NCBI RefSeq assembly: GCF_009914755.1
Contig: NC_060929.1
Origin: the human T2T-CHM13v2.0 reference genome, Homo sapiens
Strand: one strand, 5' to 3'
Length of the DNA stretch: 64,000 nucleotides
Made by a program: the position numbers and the translations under genes. The notes under the pieces are model-generated. The model was not told the origin of the DNA, did not search any database, and worked only from the letters and a program-made list of their open reading frames with translations. Below are positions 1 to 11,054 of the stretch, in pieces (the first letter of the stretch is position 1; each line of letters opens with the position of its first letter).

Positions 1-199
1 ATGCCCAGTCCAGAGTGAGAGAGCAGCACACAGCAGGCCCCCAAATAGTTCAGCTCCAGTGGCCATGCCCTCCACCAGCAGCCAGCTCATAAGGCTTTCT
101 CTGTCCCTTCTCTTCCTCCTTTTATCCCTGGCTCCCATCCTACCCAACCCTACTGGAAAGATGAATAAAAAAAGTTAAAAAGGAAAAAGAAAAGGTATA

Positions 200-600
200 T
201 TTATTAGAAATGTGTTCGGCTGTGAGTAACTAAAAGCCCACTTTATGGTGGCTTAAAGAGGGGTCCATTTTTCTCAAAGCATAACAAGTTTGGATATTTC
301 CTGACTTTTGTCAGTGGCTTGGTCCTGGCTAAGGTCTTTGTGATTCCCTTGGCTTTCCCGACATGTCTCATGGTCACAAAGTGGCTGCTGTAGTTCTAGC
401 TATCAAGTCTGTCTTCAAGGCACAGGAAATGGGAAGGGGATAGGGAGGGACCTGTCCCTACTTGCAACATAGCAAAACTTTCCATAAGTGGCCAGATTTC
501 TGCTTATGTCACACAGTTCAGTACAAAATCCCATCACTTTCTCGGCCACCAGCAAGGCTGGGAAAATGGTGGCAAGGTAGAAGAGAATGGATATTGGATT
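200..600 (-). mobile_element. Old MaLR LTR (MLT1J/K/L-like)
   Basis: 'ttagaaatgtgttcggctgtgagtaac...ggtggcttaaa' and 'ttctgcttatgtcaca...gcaaggctgggaaaat' resemble the MLT1J/K/L consensus; highly diverged. Confidence 0.6.
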
Positions 601-1724
601 CAATCAGTCAGTAATGTTTACCAAAAGAGGCAATGCAGAATCTATTAAAAATGAGAGATCTCCCCCAAGAGATTTCTGGGCTGCACCCTGGTTGATTCTG
701 ATAATCATCCAGACTAGGGAGCCACTGGCCTATGTAAAAATCTCTGCATCCCCAACAACCTAGTTGGGGATTAATCCTATAGACAGTGAGTACTTGAAAA
801 TTAGAACATCTGACCTTCTTAATCTTTCCTGGAAGGAAGGAGACTAAAATGAAGTGAGCCAGTGGTGTGCATACACTGTTCTGCAAGGTGATAACATCTA
901 GGGACCGGAGAAAGAGCCTTTATCCTTTTACAGGAGGCTGTAAGACAATAGAAACCAAGCTTGTTAACCAATAAATAGACGAGAAGCCTTGGGACAAAGG
1001 CCTTCTTTTTGGTAAAAATCAGAAGTGAGCAGGAAGGACTCACCCTGAAATTCTCAAACGTGGAGAATTGGAGAATGAGTTGTCTCAGGGTGCACATAGC
1101 TGGACGGTAGTCTCCATCTTAGGGCAGATGGTAACAGTCCTTCTCTCTTCATGCGGCTCCTATATGCCGAGTGCAGGCACTTCACTTGGTTATAAGAAGC
1201 TTTAAGCTGCAACCAGATGCTTCCCTTTTCCCTTCCCTACCACTGGAACAGTTGGAGTTAAGCTCTAGGCTGATTTCTTGCCCAGAGCACATGGTCCTCT
1301 CCTTCTTGTTTCTGCTGATGAGAGCTTAGTTACCAAAGATCTGAGCTCTAAGCCCTCCTCAAAAGCAACAGCTCAGGGAGGTGCTGACCAAAGCCTGTGG
1401 TTCAAATTTTAATACAGTGTCTTCGGGGGAGCTGGGAGGACCTATATTCAAATGAACTGAGGACTTCAGTTGCCTCTTGTTCAAGATGAAGAATCCCGTT
1501 GGCTCAGAATGGGAACCCCAACTTTCAAAGCCATTTTTCCCCACGTATATTGATTTTTCCATAGTGTCAACTGTCATTTACCAGGTAGGTACCCGCCTGC
1601 TTCATTGTCCCTTGGGTGAGTGAAGACATCACCACTTGTTAATTGCTCACCAGGCACTGGACCAAACTCAACACATTAATTTTCTTACTAGGCTCAGTGG
1701 TGGCTTGGCTGAAGAAGACTTCAT

Positions 1725-1870
1725 GATCACTCCCATTTTGAAGATCAGCACATTGAGGTTCAGAGTGGTGAAATGACTCGAAGTTCCTATGGAGAGTAAA
1801 TGGGAAACATCAGAGGAATGATTTGAACCCTGGTCTGTCCACCTTCAGTGCCCATACTTTGTCCTCCATG
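1725..1870 (-). mobile_element. MIR SINE fragment
   Basis: MIR core 'cccattttgaagatcagcacattgaggttcagagtggtgaaatgact...tttgaaccctggtctgtc'. Confidence 0.75.
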
Positions 1871-2250
1871 CTTTGAAGCACAAATCATGATTCAGGTGAA
1901 GAAAGATATTTTAAGAGCTATGAAGATTGCTGGTATTCTCAACAACAAGAGCTCTGTGGTCACATGTGAGTCTAGTTTGGGTTGTTGCTTTTCAAACTTA
2001 TTTGATTACAAAACTATAGATGTCAATTATTTTGCAAAATGCTTAGTGCTGGAGATGATGAGTGCCTAGATGTAAGCATCTGCTGCTGGGTTTTGCTTTC
2101 AGAAGACACTGAGAGAAAAATACAAATTTATCAAACCTATTAGCCTAAGATTATTGTTATCATGAAGCATTTTTGTTTATAAAAGTATTTCCTTTAATAA
2201 GCATAAGCATTAGCAGCCCCATTCACCAACTGTCAACTTGGTGCCTACTC

Positions 2251-2420
2251 AGAGCAGTGCTTCTACACCCCGCCACCTCCTGCCAGCTGCTGGGGTCCCT
2301 GCTCCCTGCTCAGGAGCTCACTGTGGAATGGATCTGAAGGTGCAGCCTGGGCATTGAGAGTTTCAAAAGCTCCCCACATGGTCCTAACATGCAGCCAGAA
2401 TTCAGAACTATTGATTTAGA
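2251..2420. mobile_element. MER5-type hAT-Charlie MITE
   Basis: 'cagtgcttct...gcagcctgggcattgagagtttcaaaagctcccca...cagccagaattcagaacta'. Confidence 0.65.
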
Positions 2421-2484
2421 TTGGTAGGGAGACTAGGAGAGTAGGGAAGAAGAAATCCATAGTCTAAAGGGTTAAGGAAGCTCT

Positions 2485-2599
2485 TAGAGTGACCAACCCA
2501 TTCCAGTTTGCCAGGGATTGTTCTGAATTGAAAACTGAAAATCCTGTGTTTTGTGAAACCCCTCAGTCCCAGGCAAACCAGGGTGGCTGGTGACCCATG
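2485..2599 (-). mobile_element. MER81 (hAT-Blackjack MITE)
   Basis: Imperfect terminal inverted repeats 'tagagtgaccaacc' / 'ggctggtgaccca', ~115 bp, internal 'tcagtcccaggcaaacc'. Confidence 0.75.
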
Positions 2600-3534
2600 G
2601 TACATTTCCGGGTGTTAGGTAAAGACAAAGGCTCTCAAATGACAATCTTTGTCTATGGGAAATAGACAAAACCTCTCTTTACACAACACTTTAAAACCAC
2701 ATGGTTCTTACATGGAAATAAACAATCTCATTCCATTTGAATTCTAGCGAAACAAATGTATACCTCTGCTCTTGTGATCTGTGTCCCCTTCACATTGCAC
2801 TGTGGTGCAGGGCATAGCTAACATCCATACAGATTCTAGCACCAATCTGGATTGGTGGATTTATTACAGGGCCCTGTTATTTGAGAAAAGACTTGGCTGA
2901 TAGCACTGTTGTTTTTCTTCTGTTGCCTTTTGCTAAATCCCAACACCTGAAGATTATCAGGCCTCTTTGAAGCGTCCTGTGATTCCAATTCCAATCAATT
3001 TACAAGGGATGTGAGATAAATCTGAACTTACCCAAATTAATGTGTAACTTTGAGAAGCACCCCACCCCCTTGCAAGCATCTTGACTGGATTTCATGGAAT
3101 CTCATTTGATTCTGACTTCCCACGGGCTCCTGAATCCAGCCATGGAAAGAGGGAGGCAGTCATTCCTGCTCACTGAGCATGTTTGGCAGCTTTGTAGTAA
3201 ACACCAAGGAGACTGGCCTCTGCTCTGACATGTCTCAGGTACTGAATCCATCAAACTACAGGTTTCTGGTAGGCTCTGCCTGCCCAGTCTAGGGCTGGTT
3301 TTTGGAAAGCCTGGATATTGGAAAGTAACCTGCATTTACAGATCAGAATGGCTCCACTGGACATCAACATGATGCCCTGCAAAAAATTCCACGTTTGGAA
3401 ACACGTGACAGAGGAATTCCAGGGTGCTCCCTGGTGAGCCACCCCATGCATTGAGGGCTCTCTCTAGGCTAGCCATCATGCCAGGCCAGCACAGACATGA
3501 CCGCTCTTCACCCTCACAAGAAAGGTGAGAAGTA

Positions 3535-3645
3535 GATAGTACTACCCTTGTTTTCCAGATGAGGAAGCAGGCTTGATGAGTATAACCTGGTAAGTGACAG
3601 AGATGAGAGACAAGAGGATCGGATCTGCCTGTCACCAGGGCTACC
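3535..3645 (-). mobile_element. MIR fragment
   Basis: 'ttttccagatgaggaagcaggc...ctggtaagtgacagag...ggatctgcctg'. Confidence 0.65.
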
Positions 3646-3761
3646 GCCATGGACCCCAGGGTCACACCCTCTGAAAGCATCAGGGAGAAAAGGCAGGAAA
3701 TGCAGCACATATAACAGATAACATTGAGATAGGAAAAGAATTTTAAAATGTCAAGAGTATA
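3623..3761 (+). repeat. 139-bp direct repeat, copy 1 (likely donor of 5395-5533)
   Basis: Manual alignment to 5395-5533: 7 mismatches in 139 bp. Confidence 0.95.
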
Positions 3762-3935
3762 GCATAACGATTAAATGCCTGGGCTTGGAACCAAACTTCT
3801 TACATTGGACTCTTGTTTCCACTTATCTGTAAAATGGGTTTAAGTGAGTTGATATAGTTAGACGAGTATTAAGACCAGTAAGCACTCTCTGTGGTAGTTG
3901 CATTCTTCTTATTCTTATTGCCCTCGTTGTTATTA
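3753..3935 (+). mobile_element. MIR fragment
   Basis: 'agtatagcataacgattaaatgcctgggcttggaacca...ttccacttatctgtaaaatggg'. Confidence 0.65.
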
Positions 3936-5394
3936 TTATGATGGCTTTCTTAAGTGTCTTTGATGAGGACACACCTTGAGCTCCTTGGGCTATGATACCA
4001 CCAGGATTCGGAGGATCTTGGAAGAAGAAGCAGGGCACACTGTGTTTCCCAACACATCATGGCACACTTGCTTTTTTTTTTTTTTGAAAAAGGGAAAAAG
4101 ATCCCAGAGTCCCCAAGTCCCAAGCTCTGCTAATTCTCATTCAAGAAACATTGACGACAGGGCTGTGTTCAACACTCACAGTTGATGCTGAATAATTTGC
4201 AACTGGACAACGTTTTCCACCCCATTCCTGGGTCCAGGTTCACTTTCTATTCAGCAGAGCCATGGTGGATTATGAAGAAACACACTGATTACAGACTTAA
4301 ATAGGCCACCTTGAGCCATCTGGGTCTATTTTCTCCGTTTCAGGAATCCCTCCACCAGAGATTCTCTACTAGCATTTGAATAACCCCAGTGCTGGGGCAC
4401 TCCCTATCTTGAGACAAAGTCTGTGTGACTCCCCACTAGCTCTGTTACAAGTTCTTTCTCTGAGCTCATCTGAAATTTGCTTCCTTCTAACAACATCTAC
4501 AAATGGACACTCATCCTACCTTCTTGTCAACGTGGAGTACCACCCCACCCTCTCCCACAAGAGGGAGATATCACCTAAGCACACAGTTTAGGTAGTTGGC
4601 AATTTATTCCTTTCCAAAATCTGTTTTCTGAGAGAAAATGCTCCAATCCTTGAAGACTAGTCTTAGTATTATGCTGGAAACAATGTACTTTCTGTGTGGA
4701 TTGTTTTTTGGACCCAAACAATCAGCATTGCTTAACAGTTTTGTGCAAACATGTTCTAGTGGGCTTAAGTATGAGATTTGGTCATTTCAGCCCAAGGCCA
4801 GACTGGCCAAGTTTCAGGCTTACAATTGAATCACTAGTTCTTAATCAACTTTATCACCTGCCTTGTTTTGTTTCCTATATATGGAATATTTTCTCTCTTC
4901 TGATATCAGTGGACCTGATCAGCTTTGACTATTTCTATTTTCAGGGTAGAATGTTTATTTCCAGTCCAATGCCTGTGTCTGAAACATAGAGAAGATTCTC
5001 TGTGTAGGAATCTGCAGGGCCACTGCTTTCTAGGGCTGGAATTAGTTATGAGAAGACATTTGCTATGTTTTTAAAAACGGGCTATCCCACGTTCACACTA
5101 ATAACAACCTTCCACTCTAGTCAGTTCCGTTTTGGAGTTCAAAGTGCTCTATAGTCATAGCCTAATTATATCATTTTTATTATGCTGGTTAAGTATGAGT
5201 GCTGTGCTATATTATTATCTGCACTTTATGGAGAGGAAACTGCAGGGAAGCCCTCAGCATGGGAAAGAAAGAGGAGCTGGAAATCTGGACCCATACTCTT
5301 GCTCTGGCTGCTCCTCACCTTGGCCGTGTCCTCCTCCCATTCCCTACCATGTCACCCATTCTTCAAGTCCACTTCATGGGATCTGAAGTCACCA

Positions 5395-5533
5395 ATCTGC
5401 CTGTCACCACGGCTACCGCCATGGACCCCAAGGGCACACCCTCTGAAAGCATCAGGGAGAAAAGGCTGGAAATGCAGCACATATAACACATAACATTGAG
5501 ATAGAAAAAGAATTTTAAAATGTCAGGAGTATA
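5395..5533 (+). repeat. 139-bp direct repeat, copy 2 (inserted copy inside duplicated hairpin target)
   Basis: ~95% identical to 3623-3761; flanked by related sequences 5363-5388 and 5537-5563. Confidence 0.95.
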
Positions 5534-5641
5534 ATGTCAAGTCCCACTTCATGGGACTTGAAGAATGGCTCTAGAAGAGACTATTTAGAAGAAAAGAAAA
5601 GTCACAGATCTTAAAATCCTATACATGTGTACAGTTATATT

Positions 5642-5694
5642 TGTATATACATATTAATACACAAAAAAAGTCTGGAAGAAGACAAATCAAACAT
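5642..5694 (+). repeat. 53-bp direct repeat, copy of 7793-7845
   Basis: 51/53 identity by manual alignment ('tgtatatacatattaatacacaaaaaaagtctggaagaagacaaatcaaacat'). Confidence 0.92.
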
Positions 5695-6054
5695 CTTCCT
5701 CAACTTTATAGAGATTTTTCTCTTCCAACCGCTTGCATTCCATATGACTGAAGATTTGGTTCAGGCCTTTGCTTTCTAGGTAGGTGTTTTGGGGCATTTT
5801 GATTCATCACAATTTATTTCAGTTGTTTATATTTTATCCCTCAAATATGGAAAAGAAGTTCCTTAAGCCAAAGGGCTATGTAATTTATTTCTTTTGTGGC
5901 CCAAATAGCTCTTGTAATATAGTGGGGAGAGGGTACATAGTGTTGGTTCAACAAAATCTTAGATCTCTTCCTATGATGTAGATGACAGGATATGCCACAC
6001 AGGAATGATGGATGATTCATGCCTAGAATGTGGGCCTGGAAAGAAAAAGACTCA

Positions 6055-6171
6055 ACCATTCAACCAAATAACACAATAATTGAGTATTCACCATATGCAG
6101 GACATTGAGTTGTGATGTGAGGAGGATGCAAAGAAAGGCAGGATTCTGCCTCTGCCTTCAGGAATTTCCAG
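6055..6171 (-). mobile_element. L2 3' end fragment
   Basis: 'cattcaac...ttgagtattcaccatatgcaggacattg...ctgccttcaggaatttccagtct'. Confidence 0.6.
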
Positions 6172-6527
6172 TCTCTTAGTCTGTTTGGGCTGCTATAACA
6201 AAATATCATAAAGTGGGTGGCTTGTAAACAACAGGCATTTGTTGCTTACAGTTCTAGAGGCTGGGAAGTCCAAGATCAAGGCATCAGCAGATTGAATGTC
6301 TGGTGAGGGCCTGTTCCTATCTTCTTGCTATCTCTTCACATGGTAGAAGAGACAAACAAGCTCCCTTGAGCTTTACACAAAGGCACTAATCTCATTCATG
6401 AGGCTGCACTCTCATGACCATGTCACCTCCTAAAAGCTCCACCTCTTAATACGCTTAATGCTATTGCATGGGTAATTAGGTTTCAACGTATGAGGTTGAG
6501 GGGGACACAAACACTCAGACCATAGCA
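6172..6527 (-). mobile_element. MLT1A-type MaLR solo LTR
   Basis: 'cttagtctgtttgggctgctataacaaaat...aagtccaagatcaaggc...cagaccatagca'. Confidence 0.88.
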
Positions 6528-6559
6528 CTCACTGAAGGGGTAAGAACCATATTGTGGAG

Positions 6560-6790
6560 TGATTGATAGCATAGGATTCGCAGCATGGAGATGTGGCTTT
6601 GAATTCCTGCTCTGCCACTTATATGTGGCCTTGAGCAGGTTGTCTAAACTGTTTGAGCTTGTGAATTTTCTTTTGTACATTGAGGATAATAATAATGTAC
6701 GGATGACAAATGAGTTGTCTACAAAAGCATTTGGCACAGTGGCTCCTACAGGGTTATGAATCAATAAATAGTAGCTATTTTAACATTATT
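6560..6790 (+). mobile_element. MIR
   Basis: 'ttgaattcctgctctgccacttatatgtggccttgagcagg...aaagcatttggcacagtg...tcaataaatagtagctatt'. Confidence 0.8.
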
Positions 6791-7523
6791 ATTAGATAGC
6801 TGGTGATTCTAGGTAAAGTCAAAAAATGGCTCAGAAAAAAGATATGTGGGAGTTCAAAAGAATGGCCAGGGAGCCACATGATGAAGGAAGAAACTCTAAT
6901 TAACCTTGAAAGATAACAGTTGGGTTTTGAAAAATAGGAAGGGGAGAAGGTCTAGGGAAATGTGTGATTCAAGCTCGGGGTGGCAAAAAGGATGGGCTTG
7001 GATGGATGAAATAGAAGGTTCTCATGGAGAAATTCTGGTAGACAATAGTAAGAAAAATGATAGCCATGCTACTGCTATGAATCATGGTAAGTTCTTTCCT
7101 TTAATAACATGATGACATAAGAATTATCATGGCCATTTTAAAGATTAGGAAGCTGAAGTTTTGAGACAAGCTGCAAAGTTAGTTGGAAACAAATACAAAG
7201 GACTTGGTTAGTGTTGGTGAGGATGGGTCCTCTCATACGCTGTTGGTAGAGGATAAATTGGACACAGGCTTTTGAGAGCGCTTAGACAGCATTTAGTAAA
7301 ATTGCTAATTTTACATCAAAGTATTGATCCTGGAGAAATACTTGCATATGTAATCAAAAAGGCATAAAGAAGGATGTTCATTGAACACTCCAAAAACTTG
7401 GATATGACTCATATGTCTACAAATGATAGAGCACTTAAGTGCTAAGTACTGGCATGTCCATATTGTGGTAGGTTACTTAATACTTTAGTGTAACATGACT
7501 GACATATAACAAGCCATATACAT

Positions 7524-7551
7524 ACACACACACACACACACACACTCACAC
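7524..7551. repeat. (CA)n microsatellite
   Basis: Seen directly. Confidence 0.95.
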
Positions 7552-7792
7552 TTTTTTTTTTTTTTTTTAGACAGAGTTTCGCTCTTTCACCCAGGCTGGA
7601 GTGAAGTGGTGCAATCTCGGCTCACTGCAACCTCTGCCCCCTGGGTTCAAGCGATCCTCCAGCCTCAGCCTCCCAAATAGCTGTGATTATATGCACCCAC
7701 CACCATGCCTAGCTAATTTTTGTATTTTTAGTAGAGACAGGGGTTTCACCATGTTGGTCAGGCTGTTCTTGAACTCCTGACCTCAGGTGACC
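7552..7792 (-). mobile_element. AluS, 5'-truncated by ~50 bp
   Basis: Poly-T, then Alu right and left arms, ending abruptly at 'gacctcaggtgacc'. Confidence 0.95.
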
Positions 7793-8277
7793 TGTACATA
7801 CATATTAATACACAAAAAAAGTCTGGAACAAGACAAATCAAACATTTAACAGTTATTATCTTTGAGGAGGGAGGCATATATTAGGGAGAGCATATATTAA
7901 GGAGGATTTGAATTTTAGTCTACATACTTTTGTATTGTTTACAAAGAAAATACATTTAGCTACTACTCAAATTCAGTAACTAAGATTAAAAAATATATAT
8001 GCTACATCAGTATTGTAACACACTATATGGTCATTAATATGTTAAGATATGTTGTAAGATACACTTTTTGATTTGGAAATTTTCCCATTAAGTAGAAAAA
8101 AACCCACCAAATTTCAGAGAAATATGAACAGTATGTATATTGCTTTATAAAAGTTATCACATGTATAGCACACACATACAGATGTTAGGGAAAAACACAC
8201 ACTAAATGGTATTTTTGAATGGCGAGATGATAGTGCCTTTTCTTTTCCTCTTTATACTTGTGACAGTTAACTTTTTC

Positions 8278-8706
8278 CATAGTAATGACGTGTAACAAAC
8301 CACTCCAAAACCCAGTGCCTTAAAACAACAGTCATTTTTTTTCTCATTCACGACCATATGTCTATGGGGTCAGCTGTTTTAAGTTGAGCTCAGCTCAGCT
8401 AAGATTGGCTTCCAACTGTAGTTTGGGTCCAGGTCTGCTCTCTGTATCCCATCTTCCTTGGACCAGAGGGCTAAGCAGGGTATGTTCTTTTGGCAATAAC
8501 AGAAGTGCAAAGGGGCGAGTGGGAACCTGTGTTATCTCTTAAGGTTTGATTAGAGGTTATTACGCTGCCCTTTCTGTTCCCATGTCCTAAATCAGTGGGG
8601 GAGAAAAACAGACTATTTCTAGTGGAAGGGTCTGCAAAGCCACATGGCAAAGGGCATGGATATAGGAAGTGGTGAAATTTGGAAACTATCATGTAATCTA
8701 CCACAA
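8278..8706 (-). mobile_element. MLT1H/I-type MaLR LTR
   Basis: 'gtaacaaaccactccaaaacccagtgccttaaaacaac...cacatggcaaagggcatggatatagg...aatctaccaca'. Confidence 0.8.
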
Positions 8707-8791
8707 CTTAAATGTGTTTTCTAATTTACCTCACTGTGCATGTATGTTACTTGTGGAATAATAATCTTATTATTTAATGTGTGGTTCCTCA

Positions 8792-9325
8792 TGTTACCAA
8801 AAAGCGGTCCTGATCCAGACCCCCAGAGTGTTCTTGGATCTTGTGCAAGAAAGAATTCAGGTCAAGTCCATAGAATAAAGTGAAAGCAAGTTTATTAGAA
8901 AAGTAAAAGAATAAAAAAAATGGCTACTCCATAGACAGAGGAGCCCAGAGGGCTGCTGGTTGCCCATATTTACGGTTATTTCTTGATAATATGCTAAACA
9001 AGGAGTGGATTATTCATGCCTCCCCTTTTTAGACCATATAGGGTAACTTCCTGACTTTGCCGTGGCATTTGTAAACTGTCATGGTGCCGGTAGGAGTGTA
9101 GCAGTGAGGGTCACCCATCTTGGTTTTGGTGGGTTTTAGCCAGCTTCTTTACTGCAAGCTGTTTTATCAGCAAGGTCTTTACGACCTACATTTTGTGCTG
9201 ACCTCCTATCTCATCCTGTGACTTAGAATGCCTAACTGTCTGTGAATGTAACCCAGTAGGTCTCAGCCTTATTTTACCCAGCCCCTACTCAAGATGGAGT
9301 TGCTCTGGTTCAAATGCCTCTGACT
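8792..9325 (-). mobile_element. MER41 solo LTR (MER41A-type, ERV1)
   Basis: Starts 'tgttaccaaaaagcggtcctgatccagacccc', ends 'ggttcaaatgcctctgac'; 4-bp TSD ctca (8788-8791 / 9326-9329). Confidence 0.92.
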
Positions 9326-10152
9326 CTCATAAAGATGAGTAGTAAAATAAAGAGTCAGGAGCAGTGGTGCTTTGCTTAGTCCTTCTCTGGCTTAGATCTA
9401 CAGGATATTTACTGGCTATGTGGATTATCTCTAATCTCATCCTGCCAGTTTCTACCAGTATCCTCAGGACACTCCCAGGAAGAACTTGCCTTCTGATTTG
9501 AGCAATCTTGCGGGCCTTATCTTTCTTATCAAATTTCCCGAGTAAGGAGAGTTCCTGTACCTTGAGAGAATGACATGGAATGCTGCATGATTTTACAAGG
9601 AATATAAAACTAAGAGCAAGAGAGGCTGCCAGTCACGGTATTCTAAGATGTGCAGACACCAAAGTCACCAGAAGCCCTTTTGTACTGTTCTACAAATCTC
9701 AAATGGGGCAATGAAGCGTACATCCAACTGGGTTAGCAATGGTAAGCAAGCAAGGCAGCCAATATGTCCTTATCTCAAGGAACCCAGCAGTGGCAATAAT
9801 TCATTACCTTAGGACCTTTCTTCTGACTTTTCCCAACCAAAGTCTTATCACAACCAAAGCATCAAATCACAGTCATGAGAGATTATTTCAATGCTGCCCA
9901 CCTTGCATGACTGTGTACCCTGACAACAAAAAGACAATGATACTTCTGGAGAATGTGCTTGGGAAGGAAATCACTCCCTTCTCCCTGCTGACTCCCCTCT
10001 GTCTTCCCCAAGCTAAACTTCTGGTTTCAATACTGTGGTTCGTTCTCCTGAGAAAAGCTAATAGACCTTTTCAGGTATGCAGTAAATCTTCCAATAGTGT
10101 ATTTTAAAGCCCTTAAAGGAAAGACATTTAACCCTTTCTCTGGGCTGCTGGA

Positions 10153-10188
10153 GTGTGTGTGTGTGTGTGTGTGTGTGTTTGTGTGTGT
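10153..10188. repeat. (TG)n microsatellite
   Basis: Seen directly. Confidence 0.95.
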
Positions 10189-11039
10189 CAAAATTTTTCC
10201 TGATGCAAATATTTATGGACTTTTTAACCTTCATTCTCATCTTAGTTATGCCTTGCCCAAACTCTTTTAACTGCTTTAATCTTTCTCATAAATCACTCTA
10301 TGCCTCTTCCTTTTTCACTGTAATCTATCAACCTCCTTCTTGTTTCTCAGGTGCCCAGAGTGGAAGTCACAATTGTCCAGATCTGCCCCCAGATTCTGTC
10401 TGGGTCTCACATAGTTTAGTCTGAATTAGATATAAATCTGAAAGCTTAAGGAACACAGGATTTTTTGCTACTACTTTAAACACATTCAAGTGCCCACTTA
10501 ACTCAAAATGGACAACATTTCCATTGCAGTGGTCAAGCAGCAAAGAAAATACCCTCCAGGCTTTTCCAAACAGAAGCTTCACTAGGTTTTAACATCTGGG
10601 GAACTTGACTGCAGTGGGCTGGACTATGAGGGGATTTGTCCCTGTGGTGAGTGGGGGAGAGGGCAAATGACAAACGTACCACATTTTTCAGTTTGTCCCA
10701 TGAGCTGCCCATTGGTGATTTAATCACACATTTCATGCAAGTTCACATCTCATTAACTGCATGTCAATAGCTTAAAATCTTTATGAGAGGGTACCATTTA
10801 CCCCTTCCCTTTACCCCGCATCCTTTCTGCCTCCCATAGCTAAGCTTCTGGTTCAGTTCCCCTCAGAGGAGTTCCTAGGTCCTTTCGGAGTGCAAGCCAT
10901 GCCTGTCCTAACTACCCCTCATCCCTTTACGGGTGGTATAAGCCATGACCTGGGGGTGTTTTTCTAAGCTGGGGATGAGGTCCTCAGACTCCGTCTGCGG
11001 CCCTGCTCAGTTCTGAGTAATATACCTTTCAGAGCAGTT

Positions 11040-11054
11040 CAAGATGGCGGAAGA
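11040..11054 (+). promoter_or_regulatory. Overlapping YY1 (CAAGATGGCGG) and ETS (CGGAAG) motifs
   Basis: Sequence caagatggcggaaga; motif match only, function untested. Confidence 0.4.

Larger units (their letters stand above)
7190..8270 (+). mobile_element. Old L1ME 3' region, interrupted by (CA)n and Alu
   Basis: 'gttggtgaggatg...ctctcatacgctgttgg', 'aaggatgttcattgaacact', 'aaagtctggaa...aacagttattatc'. Confidence 0.65.

Noticed and set aside
5182-5493. 103-aa ORF with a signal-peptide-like stretch (LLLWLLLTLAVSS)
   Set aside because: It crosses the rearranged junction and MIR-derived DNA, matches no family I recognise and has no splice support.
5356-5568. Novel MITE with 15-bp terminal inverted repeats
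   Set aside because: No TSD outside the inverted repeats and the interior is a copy of nearby DNA; better explained as an insertion into a hairpin.
10330-10424. Strong acceptor at 10350 followed by a short open frame
   Set aside because: No matching donor, poly(A) evidence or recognisable peptide.
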